This document shows positions 8,819 through 19,312 of a stretch of DNA of 64,000 nt, piece after piece. The DNA is from a virus: IMG/VR virus record IMGVR_UViG_3300027815_000003, positions 64,001 to 128,000 of that record; one strand, given 5' to 3'. Under the pieces are notes generated by a model. That model did not search any database. It saw only the letters and a program-made list of their open reading frames with translations, and was not told where the DNA came from. Within the stretch, counting starts at the first letter, position 1; each line of letters opens with the position of its first letter. The position numbers were made by a program, and so were the translations under genes.

Positions 8819-9325
8819 CTATAATCCTAACCATTCCATCATTTGTTCTCTATTTATTAAACTCTTACATTTATAATTTCCACGATTTAATAAACAAATT
8901 TTCCCGCTCACAACAAAACCATTATTTTCTAATATTTTCTGTGCGCTATCCATTGCATTACCAGTTGTGACAACATCATCAATCAGATAAACATTTCTGT
9001 TTTCTAATGAAATATTATAACCAAATGGTAGATATAAATTAAAATCAGGAATATCTGGATAGATTTGTATATGTTTTGTTCCCTTTTTAATAAATCTAGA
9101 CGCACCACTCATTATCACACCTGGAATATAAACATTATTACTCATACCATAAATAAAAATATCTTCGCATATTTCTTTATCTAGCTTATCTATATCAAAT
9201 TTTAATAATGCCTCTTTGCCCGAATGTAATCTAAAATTATCTACAGTAATCATCTGCTTTAATATTTCTCTTAAGTCTATATTTGCACCACCATTATACA
9301 TATTAATAAATCTATTCTCATCCAT
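8819..9325 (-). CDS. Type I phosphoribosyltransferase (orotate PRTase-like)
   Basis: PRPP-binding VYLIDDVVTTGNAM; N-terminal F-x-LHSG. Confidence 0.8.
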   Translation of the reverse strand: MDENRFINMYNGGANIDLREILKQMITVDNFRLHSGKEALLKFDIDKLDKEICEDIFIYGMSNNVYIPGVIMSGASRFIKKGTKHIQIYPDIPDFNLYLPFGYNISLENRNVYLIDDVVTTGNAMDSAQKILENNGFVVSGKICLLNRGNYKCKSLINREQMMEWLGL

Positions 9326-9328
9326 AAA

Positions 9329-10471
9329 TTAAAATCCCATCTTTCCTTTCACTTCATTTAAACTATTTGGATCTTCTCCGTTTTTTATTTGATATATTTC
9401 AGCTAGAGTGTACTCTCTTTTAGATAATTTTATATCACCTACCAATTTTTGTGAATGCTCAAAAGATAAATTTCCAACCTCTATATTAGCCAAACATCTA
9501 CCAGGACGAATTATAGCTGGGTCTATTTTTTTAATATCTGTATTAAATGTAATAAGAATAATACTATCTGCAACTAAAGATAATAATCCTTCACTAACAT
9601 TAAGAAGATTTGCTCTTGCATCAATATGATTTGATGACGAATCCATTGTTAGTAAATCACCAATATCTTCAAAAACAAGTAAAGATTTTTTAAAATTAGA
9701 CATTACATTATCTAACTTACCCGCATCATTAAGAAATACCATAGGAGGGGAGCAAACAACTGCACGTCTTTTTTTCATTTCAGTTAATATAGAACGTACT
9801 AACCAAGTTTTCCCAGAACCTTGTATCCCATGTAAAACAACTATCCCATTTTGAGTATCTTCTAATTGTTTAAATAATTTTTCTATTTTATTTATTACAT
9901 TCGTTTCATAGTTCTGTTTTATAGAAGCAAATGGGACTTTATCAAATTCGTGAGTATTATAAACAATACCATCTGGTTTTAAATAAGCAAATGTGATTGG
10001 GACAAAACCACCTTGATATGAAAAAGAATTTATTATTTTAAATCCATATTCTGTTAGTTTCTGTTTTATATCTTTAAATAAATTTTTATCTTTTGTACAA
10101 AGCTCAAAATCAAATTCACTGCTATCTTCTAATTCTTTTTGTTCTTGTACAACATAAGGCTCATTTTCATCATAATAATCTGATTTTGTTTTATTTTTTC
10201 TAGAAAAATAAAAAATATTATACAAAGAAGATAAACAATATTGTTCATTATTAGAAATAAAAGATGTCTTACATATATAATCTTTTTTTATTTTATCAAA
10301 TATATCTTGAATATCACCAGATTCTAATTTTACATGAAGTCTTTGCCATAAAACCTCACCATAATTTTGTCTTACCATATCTTCTTTTATTAAATTGTAT
10401 TGTAAACTAAAAACATCATAACTAAGATGAGTTCTATGACTAAATATATCTATTTCTTTTCTCATTACCAT
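9329..10471 (-). CDS. AAA+ ATPase (start revised to coupled TAATG at 10471)
   Basis: HGIQGSGKT, LVFEDIG, TFN, DPAIIRPGR. Confidence 0.85.
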   Translation of the reverse strand: MVMRKEIDIFSHRTHLSYDVFSLQYNLIKEDMVRQNYGEVLWQRLHVKLESGDIQDIFDKIKKDYICKTSFISNNEQYCLSSLYNIFYFSRKNKTKSDYYDENEPYVVQEQKELEDSSEFDFELCTKDKNLFKDIKQKLTEYGFKIINSFSYQGGFVPITFAYLKPDGIVYNTHEFDKVPFASIKQNYETNVINKIEKLFKQLEDTQNGIVVLHGIQGSGKTWLVRSILTEMKKRRAVVCSPPMVFLNDAGKLDNVMSNFKKSLLVFEDIGDLLTMDSSSNHIDARANLLNVSEGLLSLVADSIILITFNTDIKKIDPAIIRPGRCLANIEVGNLSFEHSQKLVGDIKLSKREYTLAEIYQIKNGEDPNSLNEVKGKMGF

Positions 10472-11115
10472 TAATACACCTGCTTCTCTAAAGCTCTTAG
10501 AGAAATAATACGAGAAACTGTTTCCCACAATATCTTATAAGATATAGCTAGACCATTAATTCTAGTATATAATCCTTCACATTCTATTAAATCTTGTCTT
10601 ATTTTTTTAAGTTGAGGATTTTTATCTATTGCCTCTCCCCTTAAAAGTTCTTTTGTTTTCCTTTTTTCGCTTTCTTCTAATGACAATAAATAAGTTGCTT
10701 TATTTAACATTTCTTCAAATGTAGCTTCTAAAACACCTTTTTTACTACCGACAAAAGATAACTGACTCTCTATGTATCCCCTAAAAGCACCATACTGTAT
10801 CAATAGTTTTTCTAATTCATCATTCGAACATTCAGCAAAATTATTAATATCTAAGAGTTCTTCATTATCTTTAGGTTTAGTTATTTCTGGAACTTTTAAT
10901 TGATTTACAAATTTTTCTATTCCATTTAAAACAGTATCTATGTTCCATTTTTTAAGAGAAGATATTTGTGGGTAAGATAAAACTATATTACCTTCTTCAT
11001 CTTTCTCTCCTCTTCTCATCATCAAAGCCATATCTTCACTATCTGAAATAGTATAAACTAATTTCTCATTAGTCTCTTCATTCTTTACTATTACTTGATT
11101 TTCAGCTAATTTCAT
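10471..11115 (-). CDS. Coiled-coil protein, possible UvsY-like recombination mediator
   Basis: Long amphipathic helices ending SRIISLR; in the recA/exonuclease cluster. Confidence 0.4.
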   Translation of the reverse strand: MKLAENQVIVKNEETNEKLVYTISDSEDMALMMRRGEKDEEGNIVLSYPQISSLKKWNIDTVLNGIEKFVNQLKVPEITKPKDNEELLDINNFAECSNDELEKLLIQYGAFRGYIESQLSFVGSKKGVLEATFEEMLNKATYLLSLEESEKRKTKELLRGEAIDKNPQLKKIRQDLIECEGLYTRINGLAISYKILWETVSRIISLRALEKQVY

Positions 11116-11813
11116 AAAACGTCGTCAAAACTTTCATTATTTTGGTAATTTATACATCTGCAAAACCTAGCATCATGTATTACGGATTTTATATCTGGAA
11201 TTTCTTTTAGCCCCATCACATAATTGCATTTTTCTACTATTTTGTTCCATTTTTCTTTATTTTTTCTTTGAGAGAAAGCCTTTATTTCCTGTGTATTTTT
11301 ATCCTCATATAATACACTTCCCTTTTCTATATCCAGGACATTAAGATAAACCTGTAATTGTATTTCATGCTCTGGTTTAGCCATTTTATCTAATTTTCTA
11401 AATTCCGCATCATTTATGGTCTTAAGTTCTATAATATATCTTTTGTCATTTATATTAAGAATAAAATCTGCTCTACCGTGTAAAGGAGGATTTTCTATAT
11501 TTGCATCTACCTCTTTATCTTCATAATAACCCATTTTTTTGAAATAGGCTTCATATCTATCTTGGGTTATATTACCATGATCAAATATTCTTTTAGTCCT
11601 ACCATTTATTTTTTCTGGTAATAAAAGTCCATGATAATGAAGATACAATAATCTATGACAAGAATAGCCAATAGAACTTACTTGAAAATAACCCCCTCTA
11701 GGGATATTACCATTTTCCGATAACGCATCTTCTATTTGTTTCTCTAACCATATTTCTCTTGACTCATCTATTTGACTGTATCCATTTTTTTGGCGTAATG
11801 CCTTAATTCCCAA
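11112..11813 (-). CDS. Cas4/RecB-like PD-(D/E)XK exonuclease
   Basis: SSIGYSCHR, GRADFI, IELKT, QLQVY. Confidence 0.8.
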   Translation of the reverse strand: MGIKALRQKNGYSQIDESREIWLEKQIEDALSENGNIPRGGYFQVSSIGYSCHRLLYLHYHGLLLPEKINGRTKRIFDHGNITQDRYEAYFKKMGYYEDKEVDANIENPPLHGRADFILNINDKRYIIELKTINDAEFRKLDKMAKPEHEIQLQVYLNVLDIEKGSVLYEDKNTQEIKAFSQRKNKEKWNKIVEKCNYVMGLKEIPDIKSVIHDARFCRCINYQNNESFDDVL

Positions 11814-12144
11814 AATAAATTTCCAACTCTTTCTTTATATCTTCTTTTTCATAAGAGACTATATGTATTATTTTTTCTACACCTAAAGATAATAATTCTT
11901 CGTCTCTTTTTTCATTAGCTTTTTTAGAATGATTTGCTGTTTTACCATCACACTCTATAACTGCATTATCATCTGATAAGAAAATATCAACAGATAAAGG
12001 ATTTTTAGGTTTCCCAATTTTATTTAGTTCTTTTCTATAAAATCTTTTTTGTTGTTGATATCTTATTCCCATTTCACTAAGAACTTCAGCAACCAATTTC
12101 TCTTGTTTTGTAAAATCTTTATTCGGACGGTTCAATTGATTCAA
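11803..12144 (-). CDS. Vsr/DUF559-like endonuclease
   Basis: QEKLVAEVL...VDIF...VIECDG...H...RDEELL. Confidence 0.7.
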   Translation of the reverse strand: MNQLNRPNKDFTKQEKLVAEVLSEMGIRYQQQKRFYRKELNKIGKPKNPLSVDIFLSDDNAVIECDGKTANHSKKANEKRDEELLSLGVEKIIHIVSYEKEDIKKELEIYFGN

Positions 12145-13087
12145 CTTCTTTTTTAAGTAATTCTAAAGCATTTGGATTTGAAATAAAATATTCTTTCAGT
12201 CCAGTTCTTCCCTGTTTTTTTGTCCCATCTTTTAATAAATACCAAGTTCCACCTTTTGTAATCAATCCTTTATCTATAAAATCATCAATTAAAAGTTCAA
12301 TTAAATCAATTCCACCCTTAAGTCTAAAAGCAATAGCTACATCATCGTAAGATGCACCCCTTACTTTACTTTTTCTTTGACGGATATTTATATTAAACCC
12401 TACTCTAGTTTTCTCTCCACCAATTGTTTCTTCTATCCAACCATCTCTGCGTACCTGCAATATAATATGAGCAAAAAACGTCTGTGCAAGGCCACCAGGG
12501 GTAACATCTTGTGCATAAGGGCCAATTCCCTCTCTTAATTGATTAATAAACAGTAATGTCGTTCCTTCGCCTAAACTTGATATTAAACGAGATATACCGT
12601 CATTTACCATTCTTGCCCTATTTGCCATAGGGGAATGAGCTAGTGCCTCTTCATTTAGTGCTGTTGGCACTAATGCAGCGACACTGTCTAAAACAACCAA
12701 ATCAATTTTATTTCTCATTAGTTCACGGATTATATCAAATGCAACCTCTCCGCTTTCTGGTTGAGAAACTAAAACATCATCTATATTAACTCCATTTTCT
12801 TTTGCCCATTCTGCATCCCAACTCCATTCAGCATCAATCCAAGCAGCAGTACCACCTTTTTCTTGAATAGATTTTACCGCCTTAAATGCCAGAAGAGACT
12901 TACCAGTATTACTATCACCGATTAATAATGTAAGTCTTTTTGTGGGTAAACCACCACCAATAAGTTTATCTAATGGTTCTATATTAAAAGGTATTCTTTC
13001 ATATTTAAAATAATCATCATTACCTTTTCTTAAAGCACCACTTTTAAACAATTCATCTAAATTAACTTCTTTTTTCTTAGGTGGCAT
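12119..13087 (-). CDS. recA: RecA-like recombinase
   Basis: LIGGGLP, GDSNTGKS, WIDAE, VSQPESGE, VLDSVAAL, FINQLR, TPGG. Confidence 0.93.
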   Translation of the reverse strand: MPPKKKEVNLDELFKSGALRKGNDDYFKYERIPFNIEPLDKLIGGGLPTKRLTLLIGDSNTGKSLLAFKAVKSIQEKGGTAAWIDAEWSWDAEWAKENGVNIDDVLVSQPESGEVAFDIIRELMRNKIDLVVLDSVAALVPTALNEEALAHSPMANRARMVNDGISRLISSLGEGTTLLFINQLREGIGPYAQDVTPGGLAQTFFAHIILQVRRDGWIEETIGGEKTRVGFNINIRQRKSKVRGASYDDVAIAFRLKGGIDLIELLIDDFIDKGLITKGGTWYLLKDGTKKQGRTGLKEYFISNPNALELLKKEVESIEPSE

Positions 13088-13317
13088 TAATTTCTCTTTT
13101 CCGTTTTTAGTTTAAATTCTTTTTCAAGATTATCAAAACTTTCATCAACTTTTTTTATTACTACATCCCAAACATTAGGAAAGACATCTTTTACTTCTTT
13201 TAATTGTTCATCTATTGGTTTACTAGTATCTATTCCACCAACTTGTATATTTATCTTTCCACTCTGGTAAGAACCAAAACTTAATGTTAATCCAACTTCT
13301 ACAGACAATTGTGGCAT
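13087..13317 (-). CDS. Hypothetical protein
   Basis: ORF track; AGGA RBS; first gene after promoter. Confidence 0.65.
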   Translation of the reverse strand: MPQLSVEVGLTLSFGSYQSGKINIQVGGIDTSKPIDEQLKEVKDVFPNVWDVVIKKVDESFDNLEKEFKLKTEKRN

Positions 13318-13350
13318 ATTTCAATTTCCTTTCTCTATTTAGTAACTCAA

Positions 13351-13379
13351 ATTATATCACATAATCTTATAATTGTCAA
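13351..13379 (-). promoter_or_regulatory. Consensus sigma70/sigmaA promoter for recA cluster
   Basis: TTGACA-17 nt-TATAAT with TGTG extension. Confidence 0.85.
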
Positions 13380-13380
13380 A

Positions 13381-15996
13381 TTACACTTCTACCTTTACAA
13401 ACGCATCATTTTCTTTCAAAATTTCAAATGTACGTTTTGTTACCGCTCTATATTTCTTTGTTTCAAAATCTTGTTCTGTAAGATAATTTCCAGAAATCAA
13501 ACCCTGCGCTGCTTTTTCACCAATACCTTTTAGATAAGTAAGTCCAGCACGTAATGTTTTATCATCTTCAATCTTCCAATACATTTCGCTTTTACCCAAT
13601 CTAGGCTTTAGAACTCTTAGTCCTTTTCTTTTTGCTCCTTGTGCTATAGCCTTTATCTTTTCTTCATCTTTTTCTTTAGAAAGTCTAGCCCAATAATATT
13701 GGATTGGATAATGTTGTTTAAAATACATTCCCCAAAATGCCACCAAAGCATAACAAACAGCGTGAGATTTATTAAAAGCATACCCACCGAATTTCTTAAT
13801 ATCATCCCAAAGTTTTCTTGCCTGTTCTTCAGTTACCCCATTTTTAGAACAACCATCTCTAAATTGTATAAACCATTTTTCAAAATCTTCATCACCATAT
13901 TTTTTACCCATTAGTTTTCTAATTTTATCAGTATCAGACCAGTTCATCCCAGCTAATCTATTACAGACATACATAATCTGTTCTTGATAAACAAGAACAT
14001 CATATGTGTCTTTAACAATTTCTTTCAATATAGGATTCCAAGTATAACTATTATCTTTAAAACCATTAGCACCGCTAATATATTTTTCTGTCATTTTAGA
14101 CTCTAATGGGCCAGGACGACTTAAGGCTACTGTTGCGACTAATTGATCAAAAGAATTAAGATTTTTAAACCCCTGTAAAACTTTTTTAGTAGCATACCCA
14201 CTAAATTGGAATATTCCATCTGTATCTATTTTTTTAAATCCTAATAAAGTTTCTTTATCATCTATTGGAATTTTGTATAAATCATCAAGTGATATTCCTA
14301 TAAGTTTACATATATCAGAAATAACAGTAAGTTCAGTAATACCCAAAATATCAACCTTAAGAAGTCCTAAATCTGCACTATCATTCATGTCAAAACAACT
14401 AAATTGTGTTATTTTATCATCTTTTTCTCGTTCATAAATAGCAATAATATCTGTAAGTGGAATATTAGATATAACGACACCAGAAGCATGTTCTCCCATT
14501 TGTCTTACATGACCATCTATATATTCAGCCTTTTTAAGCATAGGATATTTTTTAAGTAATTCTTTTGCTTTATCAGAACTTGAAAACATTTCTTTTATAG
14601 TAGAATTTCCACGTTCATCACTTTCGTTGTATTCTGGTATTTCTGGCTTAATAAAATTTATTTCTTCTGTTGGAAGTTCATAAATTCTTCTGATATCATC
14701 TAAAGCACTTCTACCTTTGAAAAATCCAAAAGTCCCAATATTACAAACATTATCTTTCCCATATTTAGAAGAAATATATTCTTTGACATCATCACGTCTA
14801 TCCATGTCAAAATCAACATCAATATCAGGAGGCTCCTTCCTTCCTTCTTGCAAAAAACGTTCAAATAACAAATCATGTTTTATTGGATCTATTGTTGTGA
14901 TACCAGTCAAATAACAAATAAGACTACCTGCAGAGCTCCCCCTTCCTGGGCCTGTAAATATATTTTGAGATTTAGCCCATTTTACAATATCTGCGATTAC
15001 TAAAATATAATCACAAAAACCATATTTAGCTATTACATCTAGTTCTTTTTCAAATCTTTCTTTATATATCCCTTCGTTTTTTATACTAAGTTTATTAAAT
15101 CCTTCTAAAGACCATTGTTTGAGTAATTCATAACTATTGTCTGTGTTATATTTAGGCGAACCACCCTTTATCATAGGTATAACATCTATTCTTTGTGAAA
15201 CATTATATGTGTTCTCAAAATATTTTTCCCAAGATGAATTAGGAGATAAAGTTTTTACCGCTTCAAATAACTCTTCTGCGGGCCATTGATAAGCACCATA
15301 AATTATTTGATTAGCATCAAAAGTTCTTCTATCTCTAATAGCATGAAGAATTTCTTGCACTTCTGCTTGATCAGCGGTCAAATAATGAGGATCACAAGTT
15401 AATACAATTGGTATATCTAATTGTGCAGAAACATATTCTAGTCCATTTATTGTGTCTTTAAATAGTGGAAAATGTTGTGTTTCTAAATAGTATCTATCTC
15501 CAAATACAGATTTAAACTCCTGTGCAATTTTCGTAGCACCATTTATATTATTTTCTCTTAATTCTTTTTGAACAAATCCAGTCCAACATCCAGACAAAAC
15601 AATAAGCCCCTCTTGATGTTCAAAAAGCATTTTAGTATCTATTGTACTTCTATAATAAAACCCCTCAGAAAAACCTAAAGAAGCAAGTTTAAGGATATTT
15701 CTATATCCCTTTTCGTTTTGCGCCAATATAGTAATATGAGATTTTTCTCTTATTTTATCTTCTCTCATTTTTTCTATATCTGTAACAATATAACTTTCAA
15801 TTCCAAAGATATTTCTTATTTTATTTTCTTTACACGCCTTATCAAATTGTACCCAACCACTAATCGTCCCATGATCGGTAATAGCCAAACTATCACGTCC
15901 AATTTCTTTAGCTCTTTTTACAGATTCTAAAGGACTGGGGTGGGAATCGAGACTAGAAAACATGGTGTGGTTGTGTATGTCTACAAATTTTATCAT
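13381..15996 (-). CDS. dnaE: DNA polymerase III alpha subunit (family C), compact, ends after HhH
   Basis: PHP HNH/TDHG/CDPH; GPGRGSSAGS; PPDIDVDFD; KVDILG; GYAFNKSHA. Confidence 0.95.
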   Translation of the reverse strand: MIKFVDIHNHTMFSSLDSHPSPLESVKRAKEIGRDSLAITDHGTISGWVQFDKACKENKIRNIFGIESYIVTDIEKMREDKIREKSHITILAQNEKGYRNILKLASLGFSEGFYYRSTIDTKMLFEHQEGLIVLSGCWTGFVQKELRENNINGATKIAQEFKSVFGDRYYLETQHFPLFKDTINGLEYVSAQLDIPIVLTCDPHYLTADQAEVQEILHAIRDRRTFDANQIIYGAYQWPAEELFEAVKTLSPNSSWEKYFENTYNVSQRIDVIPMIKGGSPKYNTDNSYELLKQWSLEGFNKLSIKNEGIYKERFEKELDVIAKYGFCDYILVIADIVKWAKSQNIFTGPGRGSSAGSLICYLTGITTIDPIKHDLLFERFLQEGRKEPPDIDVDFDMDRRDDVKEYISSKYGKDNVCNIGTFGFFKGRSALDDIRRIYELPTEEINFIKPEIPEYNESDERGNSTIKEMFSSSDKAKELLKKYPMLKKAEYIDGHVRQMGEHASGVVISNIPLTDIIAIYEREKDDKITQFSCFDMNDSADLGLLKVDILGITELTVISDICKLIGISLDDLYKIPIDDKETLLGFKKIDTDGIFQFSGYATKKVLQGFKNLNSFDQLVATVALSRPGPLESKMTEKYISGANGFKDNSYTWNPILKEIVKDTYDVLVYQEQIMYVCNRLAGMNWSDTDKIRKLMGKKYGDEDFEKWFIQFRDGCSKNGVTEEQARKLWDDIKKFGGYAFNKSHAVCYALVAFWGMYFKQHYPIQYYWARLSKEKDEEKIKAIAQGAKRKGLRVLKPRLGKSEMYWKIEDDKTLRAGLTYLKGIGEKAAQGLISGNYLTEQDFETKKYRAVTKRTFEILKENDAFVKVEV

Positions 15997-16331
15997 TATT
16001 TTTCTATAACTTTCATTTCAGTATTAATAAAATCTCTATCATAATCTATTATATAACTATTTTCTATTTCTATAGCAAAATCTTTCATATCTTCCCATTT
16101 CATACTATTTGAAGCCCACTCTTTTATTTCATAATCATCATCCATTATCGCATTAAAATTATCGTCATACATTTTTTGTATATCTATATCATTAGGATAA
16201 TGTTTTGATTTTCTTTCTCTTTCCAAATCTTTTTCAGTCCAATATTGGGCTTTAGGTTTTACTATTATATATGCTGGAATTAAATATGTTTTATTATCAC
16301 TAAAAGTTATTTGTAAATATTTAGTTAACAT
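15996..16331 (-). CDS. Hypothetical protein
   Basis: ORF track; coupled overlaps. Confidence 0.6.
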   Translation of the reverse strand: MLTKYLQITFSDNKTYLIPAYIIVKPKAQYWTEKDLERERKSKHYPNDIDIQKMYDDNFNAIMDDDYEIKEWASNSMKWEDMKDFAIEIENSYIIDYDRDFINTEMKVIEK

Positions 16332-16854
16332 AATTAGGTTTTCTTATTTTTATACCGCAATTTTTATATATATCTATTCCACTAAAACCATACCCTTCAT
16401 AACTATCTAAACTATCCATAATAACCTCTATTATACCAGCACCAACCACACTATTTGCACATTCCATACAAGATGAAACTTCTGCATAGATATAAATAGA
16501 ACAATTGTTTATCGCTCTTCCTAATTTAGCAGCATTAGATATTGCATTTTTTTCTGCATGGCTGCATGGACAAAAATTAGTTCCTTCTCCAGACGCATAC
16601 CCAATTATTTTTCTTGGACATATTCCTTCTTCTAGTTTATTTATTTGTCCTGGTCTTAAATTATATTTATCAATAAAAATATTATTAAACTCTTTTGTCC
16701 CAGGATTTGGAAAATCTTTTTGAGGCCCGTTAAAACCAAAAGAAATGGGATCGTTTCCAAAAGCAATAACAGCCCCACATTTTCTAGATAAACATCTAGA
16801 TTGGTCTGCTGCTCTCTTAGCTAAATCCATAAAAAAACTATCTGAATTTTTCAT
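16321..16854 (-). CDS. dCMP deaminase
   Basis: SRCLSRKCGAVI, HAEKNAI, SCMECA Zn motifs. Confidence 0.88.
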   Translation of the reverse strand: MKNSDSFFMDLAKRAADQSRCLSRKCGAVIAFGNDPISFGFNGPQKDFPNPGTKEFNNIFIDKYNLRPGQINKLEEGICPRKIIGYASGEGTNFCPCSHAEKNAISNAAKLGRAINNCSIYIYAEVSSCMECANSVVGAGIIEVIMDSLDSYEGYGFSGIDIYKNCGIKIRKPNYVN

Positions 16855-17361
16855 CTATCCTCTAAGATTTTGTGGTGGGCTAGAATGATCATCACCAGCC
16901 ACCCAATTTAAAAATACCAATACATTATCTGCAGAAACCCAACCTTCTACACTATCACCATTTTGTAAATCAATCATTTTACCATTTTTAGGCCATGCTG
17001 CGATCTCCGCATCATATGATTCCCATCTATCAGATTTTTTTGGAGCATCAAAATCCCAATTATCGTGATTTGAACAATAATTTCCAGCACCAAACTGTAC
17101 CGATGCTGTCCAACCATTTTCAAATGTTATATGAAATCCTCTATGTCCTGTTATTTTAACATTATTTTTCCTTTCCAATATTTCTAAATCTTTTTTATAT
17201 GCCTCTTCTAACTCCTCTTCGGCATGTGTCAAAACATCCAACAACAATAAGAGAAAATTACGTAAATTTTCATCATCTTTACACTGAGATAGACTATCTT
17301 TTACCGTAGTTATCCATACTTCTTTATTTATCCATACTTCTTTATTATAATAATCGTCCAT
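16855..17361 (-). CDS. Hypothetical protein
   Basis: ORF track; C-half GFHITFENGWTASVQFG...AEIAAW. Confidence 0.6.
   Translation of the reverse strand: MDDYYNKEVWINKEVWITTVKDSLSQCKDDENLRNFLLLLLDVLTHAEEELEEAYKKDLEILERKNNVKITGHRGFHITFENGWTASVQFGAGNYCSNHDNWDFDAPKKSDRWESYDAEIAAWPKNGKMIDLQNGDSVEGWVSADNVLVFLNWVAGDDHSSPPQNLRG
17311..17346. repeat. Perfect 18-bp tandem duplication (NKEVWI x2)
   Basis: tatccatacttctttatt twice, in frame. Confidence 0.95.
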
Positions 17362-17364
17362 ATT

Positions 17365-17634
17365 TTATATTCAGCCACACCTTAAAATACGATAACAAAA
17401 GTTTTATATCATTTTGGAATGATATTATACTGGTTTAGATTCTTTCACTCTAAAACTGTTATCTCTGTACGGCGTTTCGTAAGACAACTCACGCCTTTAA
17501 TTTACTGTATTATTCCAGCACCAATATTTTTTAAATAAATTGGCTGTCTACTCGTGCAGCTATTTAATGTTTCCTTAAGATATTAGATTGTGATAAGAGC
17601 TAATACATCAAAACGACTCACACACCAATTTTAT
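17365..17634 (-). ncRNA. Candidate structured RNA, unassigned
   Basis: No ORF; nested stems ATATTG-G-TGCTGG/CCAGTA-TAATAT, GGCGT/ACGCC, TTTAGA/TCTAAA, ATATCATT/AATGATAT, TATTAG/CTAATA. Confidence 0.45.
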
Positions 17635-18366
17635 TTAAAATAAAGATTCTGTATCTTCTATAGTTTCTTCATTAGTTGAATCTCTGCCTTCCTCTGTTTT
17701 CTTTGAAGAAACCCACTCCACCAAATGTTCTTTTGCATATTCAATAACAGATGGTAAATTTTTAGCTTCCCCCATTTTTTCTTCTGGGATATTAGTTTTA
17801 TCTGACGTTTCTTTCAAGGCATAAACGGTACTATCACCAGTTTTTATTTTTCTTAAACTGGTAACAATACTAGGTAAACTAAATTCCATATCAATAGAAA
17901 TTAAGCTACTTTCAAATAATCTATCTTTACCTACACCACCAAAATAAATTCTAAAATCATTTACTTCTTCACGATATCTATCTAAATTTCCACGTTTAAC
18001 TTTCTTCCATTCCTCTATTACCTTACCTTTTATTACATTTGTTTCGTGTAAAATGTAATAAACATAACACCAAAAACCTAATTGTTCTGCAACAACACCT
18101 TTTTGTTCTCTATATTCTTGTGGAATATCTTCTCTTTTTTCAACTAGAAAATATTTCTTATCATAACCATGATCATCTTTTGCACGTCTCACATAAAATG
18201 ATGCGAAATATCTATCTTCTACAACTTTACCATTTTCATCTTCTTTTTCATCTGTTAAAATACTTATTCTAGCATCATCACCATTTTTTAACCATAAATC
18301 TTTACGTTTTGTTGTTTTTGCATTTGCTCTTTCTTCAGCCTTTTGTTGTAAGTTTTTAATTCCCAT
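17635..18366 (-). CDS. Putative ssDNA-binding protein
   Basis: Aromatic-rich body, acidic C-terminal tail (NEETIEDTESLF), next to primase/helicase. Confidence 0.6.
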   Translation of the reverse strand: MGIKNLQQKAEERANAKTTKRKDLWLKNGDDARISILTDEKEDENGKVVEDRYFASFYVRRAKDDHGYDKKYFLVEKREDIPQEYREQKGVVAEQLGFWCYVYYILHETNVIKGKVIEEWKKVKRGNLDRYREEVNDFRIYFGGVGKDRLFESSLISIDMEFSLPSIVTSLRKIKTGDSTVYALKETSDKTNIPEEKMGEAKNLPSVIEYAKEHLVEWVSSKKTEEGRDSTNEETIEDTESLF

Positions 18367-18388
18367 TTTTTATTTTACTCCTTCTTTC

Positions 18389-19312
18389 TTAATATACTAA
18401 TTTTCGTTTTTCAATAATATCTACTAATTGTTTTAAATCTCTTATGTCTTGTACATCTTTTTTATCTTCTGGTAAATCTATTACACTTAATAAACCATAT
18501 TTTTTCATTTTTGATATAAAACCAGGATGATATTGTTTTTGTTTATCTCTATAACCATAAATACCAGTTCTCCCTGCTTTATCATTATCCAGGCATATAA
18601 TATATTCCCCCTTTTGTAAATTTATTAATCTTCTTTGTTGAGTTTCCGAAAGTTGCATTCCTAAAATTGCAACTGCATTATATCCGTGCTGGTCTAACCA
18701 AATTGCATCTAGTGGCCCTTCACAGACACAAACAAAATTTTGTTCTTTTCTTAGTAAGTGTTCCCCAAACAATACTTTTGATTTCTCAAATCCAACAGGT
18801 GAATATAAATACTTAGGTTCTATACCGTTTGGCCTTCTTGAAACCCAACCGACAATTCTTTTGTTAGAATCTCTTATAGGAAGTATCAAAGAACCAGTTG
18901 ATGTATTATAGCACATCTCAAATCGTTTGTCAATATAACCTTTGGTAAAGCCCCTTTCATATATAAATTCTGGGGCATCTCCTGTTATTTGAAACGGGAA
19001 TTTTACTTCTGGTAATTGAATATTAATATCTTCTACTTCTTTATAGTTATCTTCTTTTATATCAAATAAACTTTCTGGTTGGATATTTTGAAAATCATTA
19101 CCAATCTTAAAACCAAGTCTTATAGCAAGTTGTTCTAAAGTTCCTCCTCCACAAACGAAACAATTATATAAATTTTTATCTATATTTATAGAACATGATG
19201 GATTATTATCCTCATGTTCTGGAAAAGGACACCGACACAATATTTCATTATTTGTAATATTAACAATTTCAATTCCCATAGATACAATAAATTCTATTTT
19301 ACTATTATTCAT
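18389..19312 (-). CDS. DnaG-like primase
   Basis: CPFPEH...CFVC Zn finger; TOPRIM VCEGPLD, CLDND. Confidence 0.9.
   Translation of the reverse strand: MNNSKIEFIVSMGIEIVNITNNEILCRCPFPEHEDNNPSCSINIDKNLYNCFVCGGGTLEQLAIRLGFKIGNDFQNIQPESLFDIKEDNYKEVEDINIQLPEVKFPFQITGDAPEFIYERGFTKGYIDKRFEMCYNTSTGSLILPIRDSNKRIVGWVSRRPNGIEPKYLYSPVGFEKSKVLFGEHLLRKEQNFVCVCEGPLDAIWLDQHGYNAVAILGMQLSETQQRRLINLQKGEYIICLDNDKAGRTGIYGYRDKQKQYHPGFISKMKKYGLLSVIDLPEDKKDVQDIRDLKQLVDIIEKRKLVY

Noticed and set aside
11112-11813. Cas4-like gene as part of CRISPR-Cas
   Set aside because: No other cas genes or repeat-spacer array seen; it sits in the recA cluster like a typical phage exonuclease
17470-17570. Hammerhead-like CGAAAC and pistol-like TTAAATAG words
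   Set aside because: CUGANGA core and pistol P1/pseudoknot geometry are absent; kept only as an unassigned RNA
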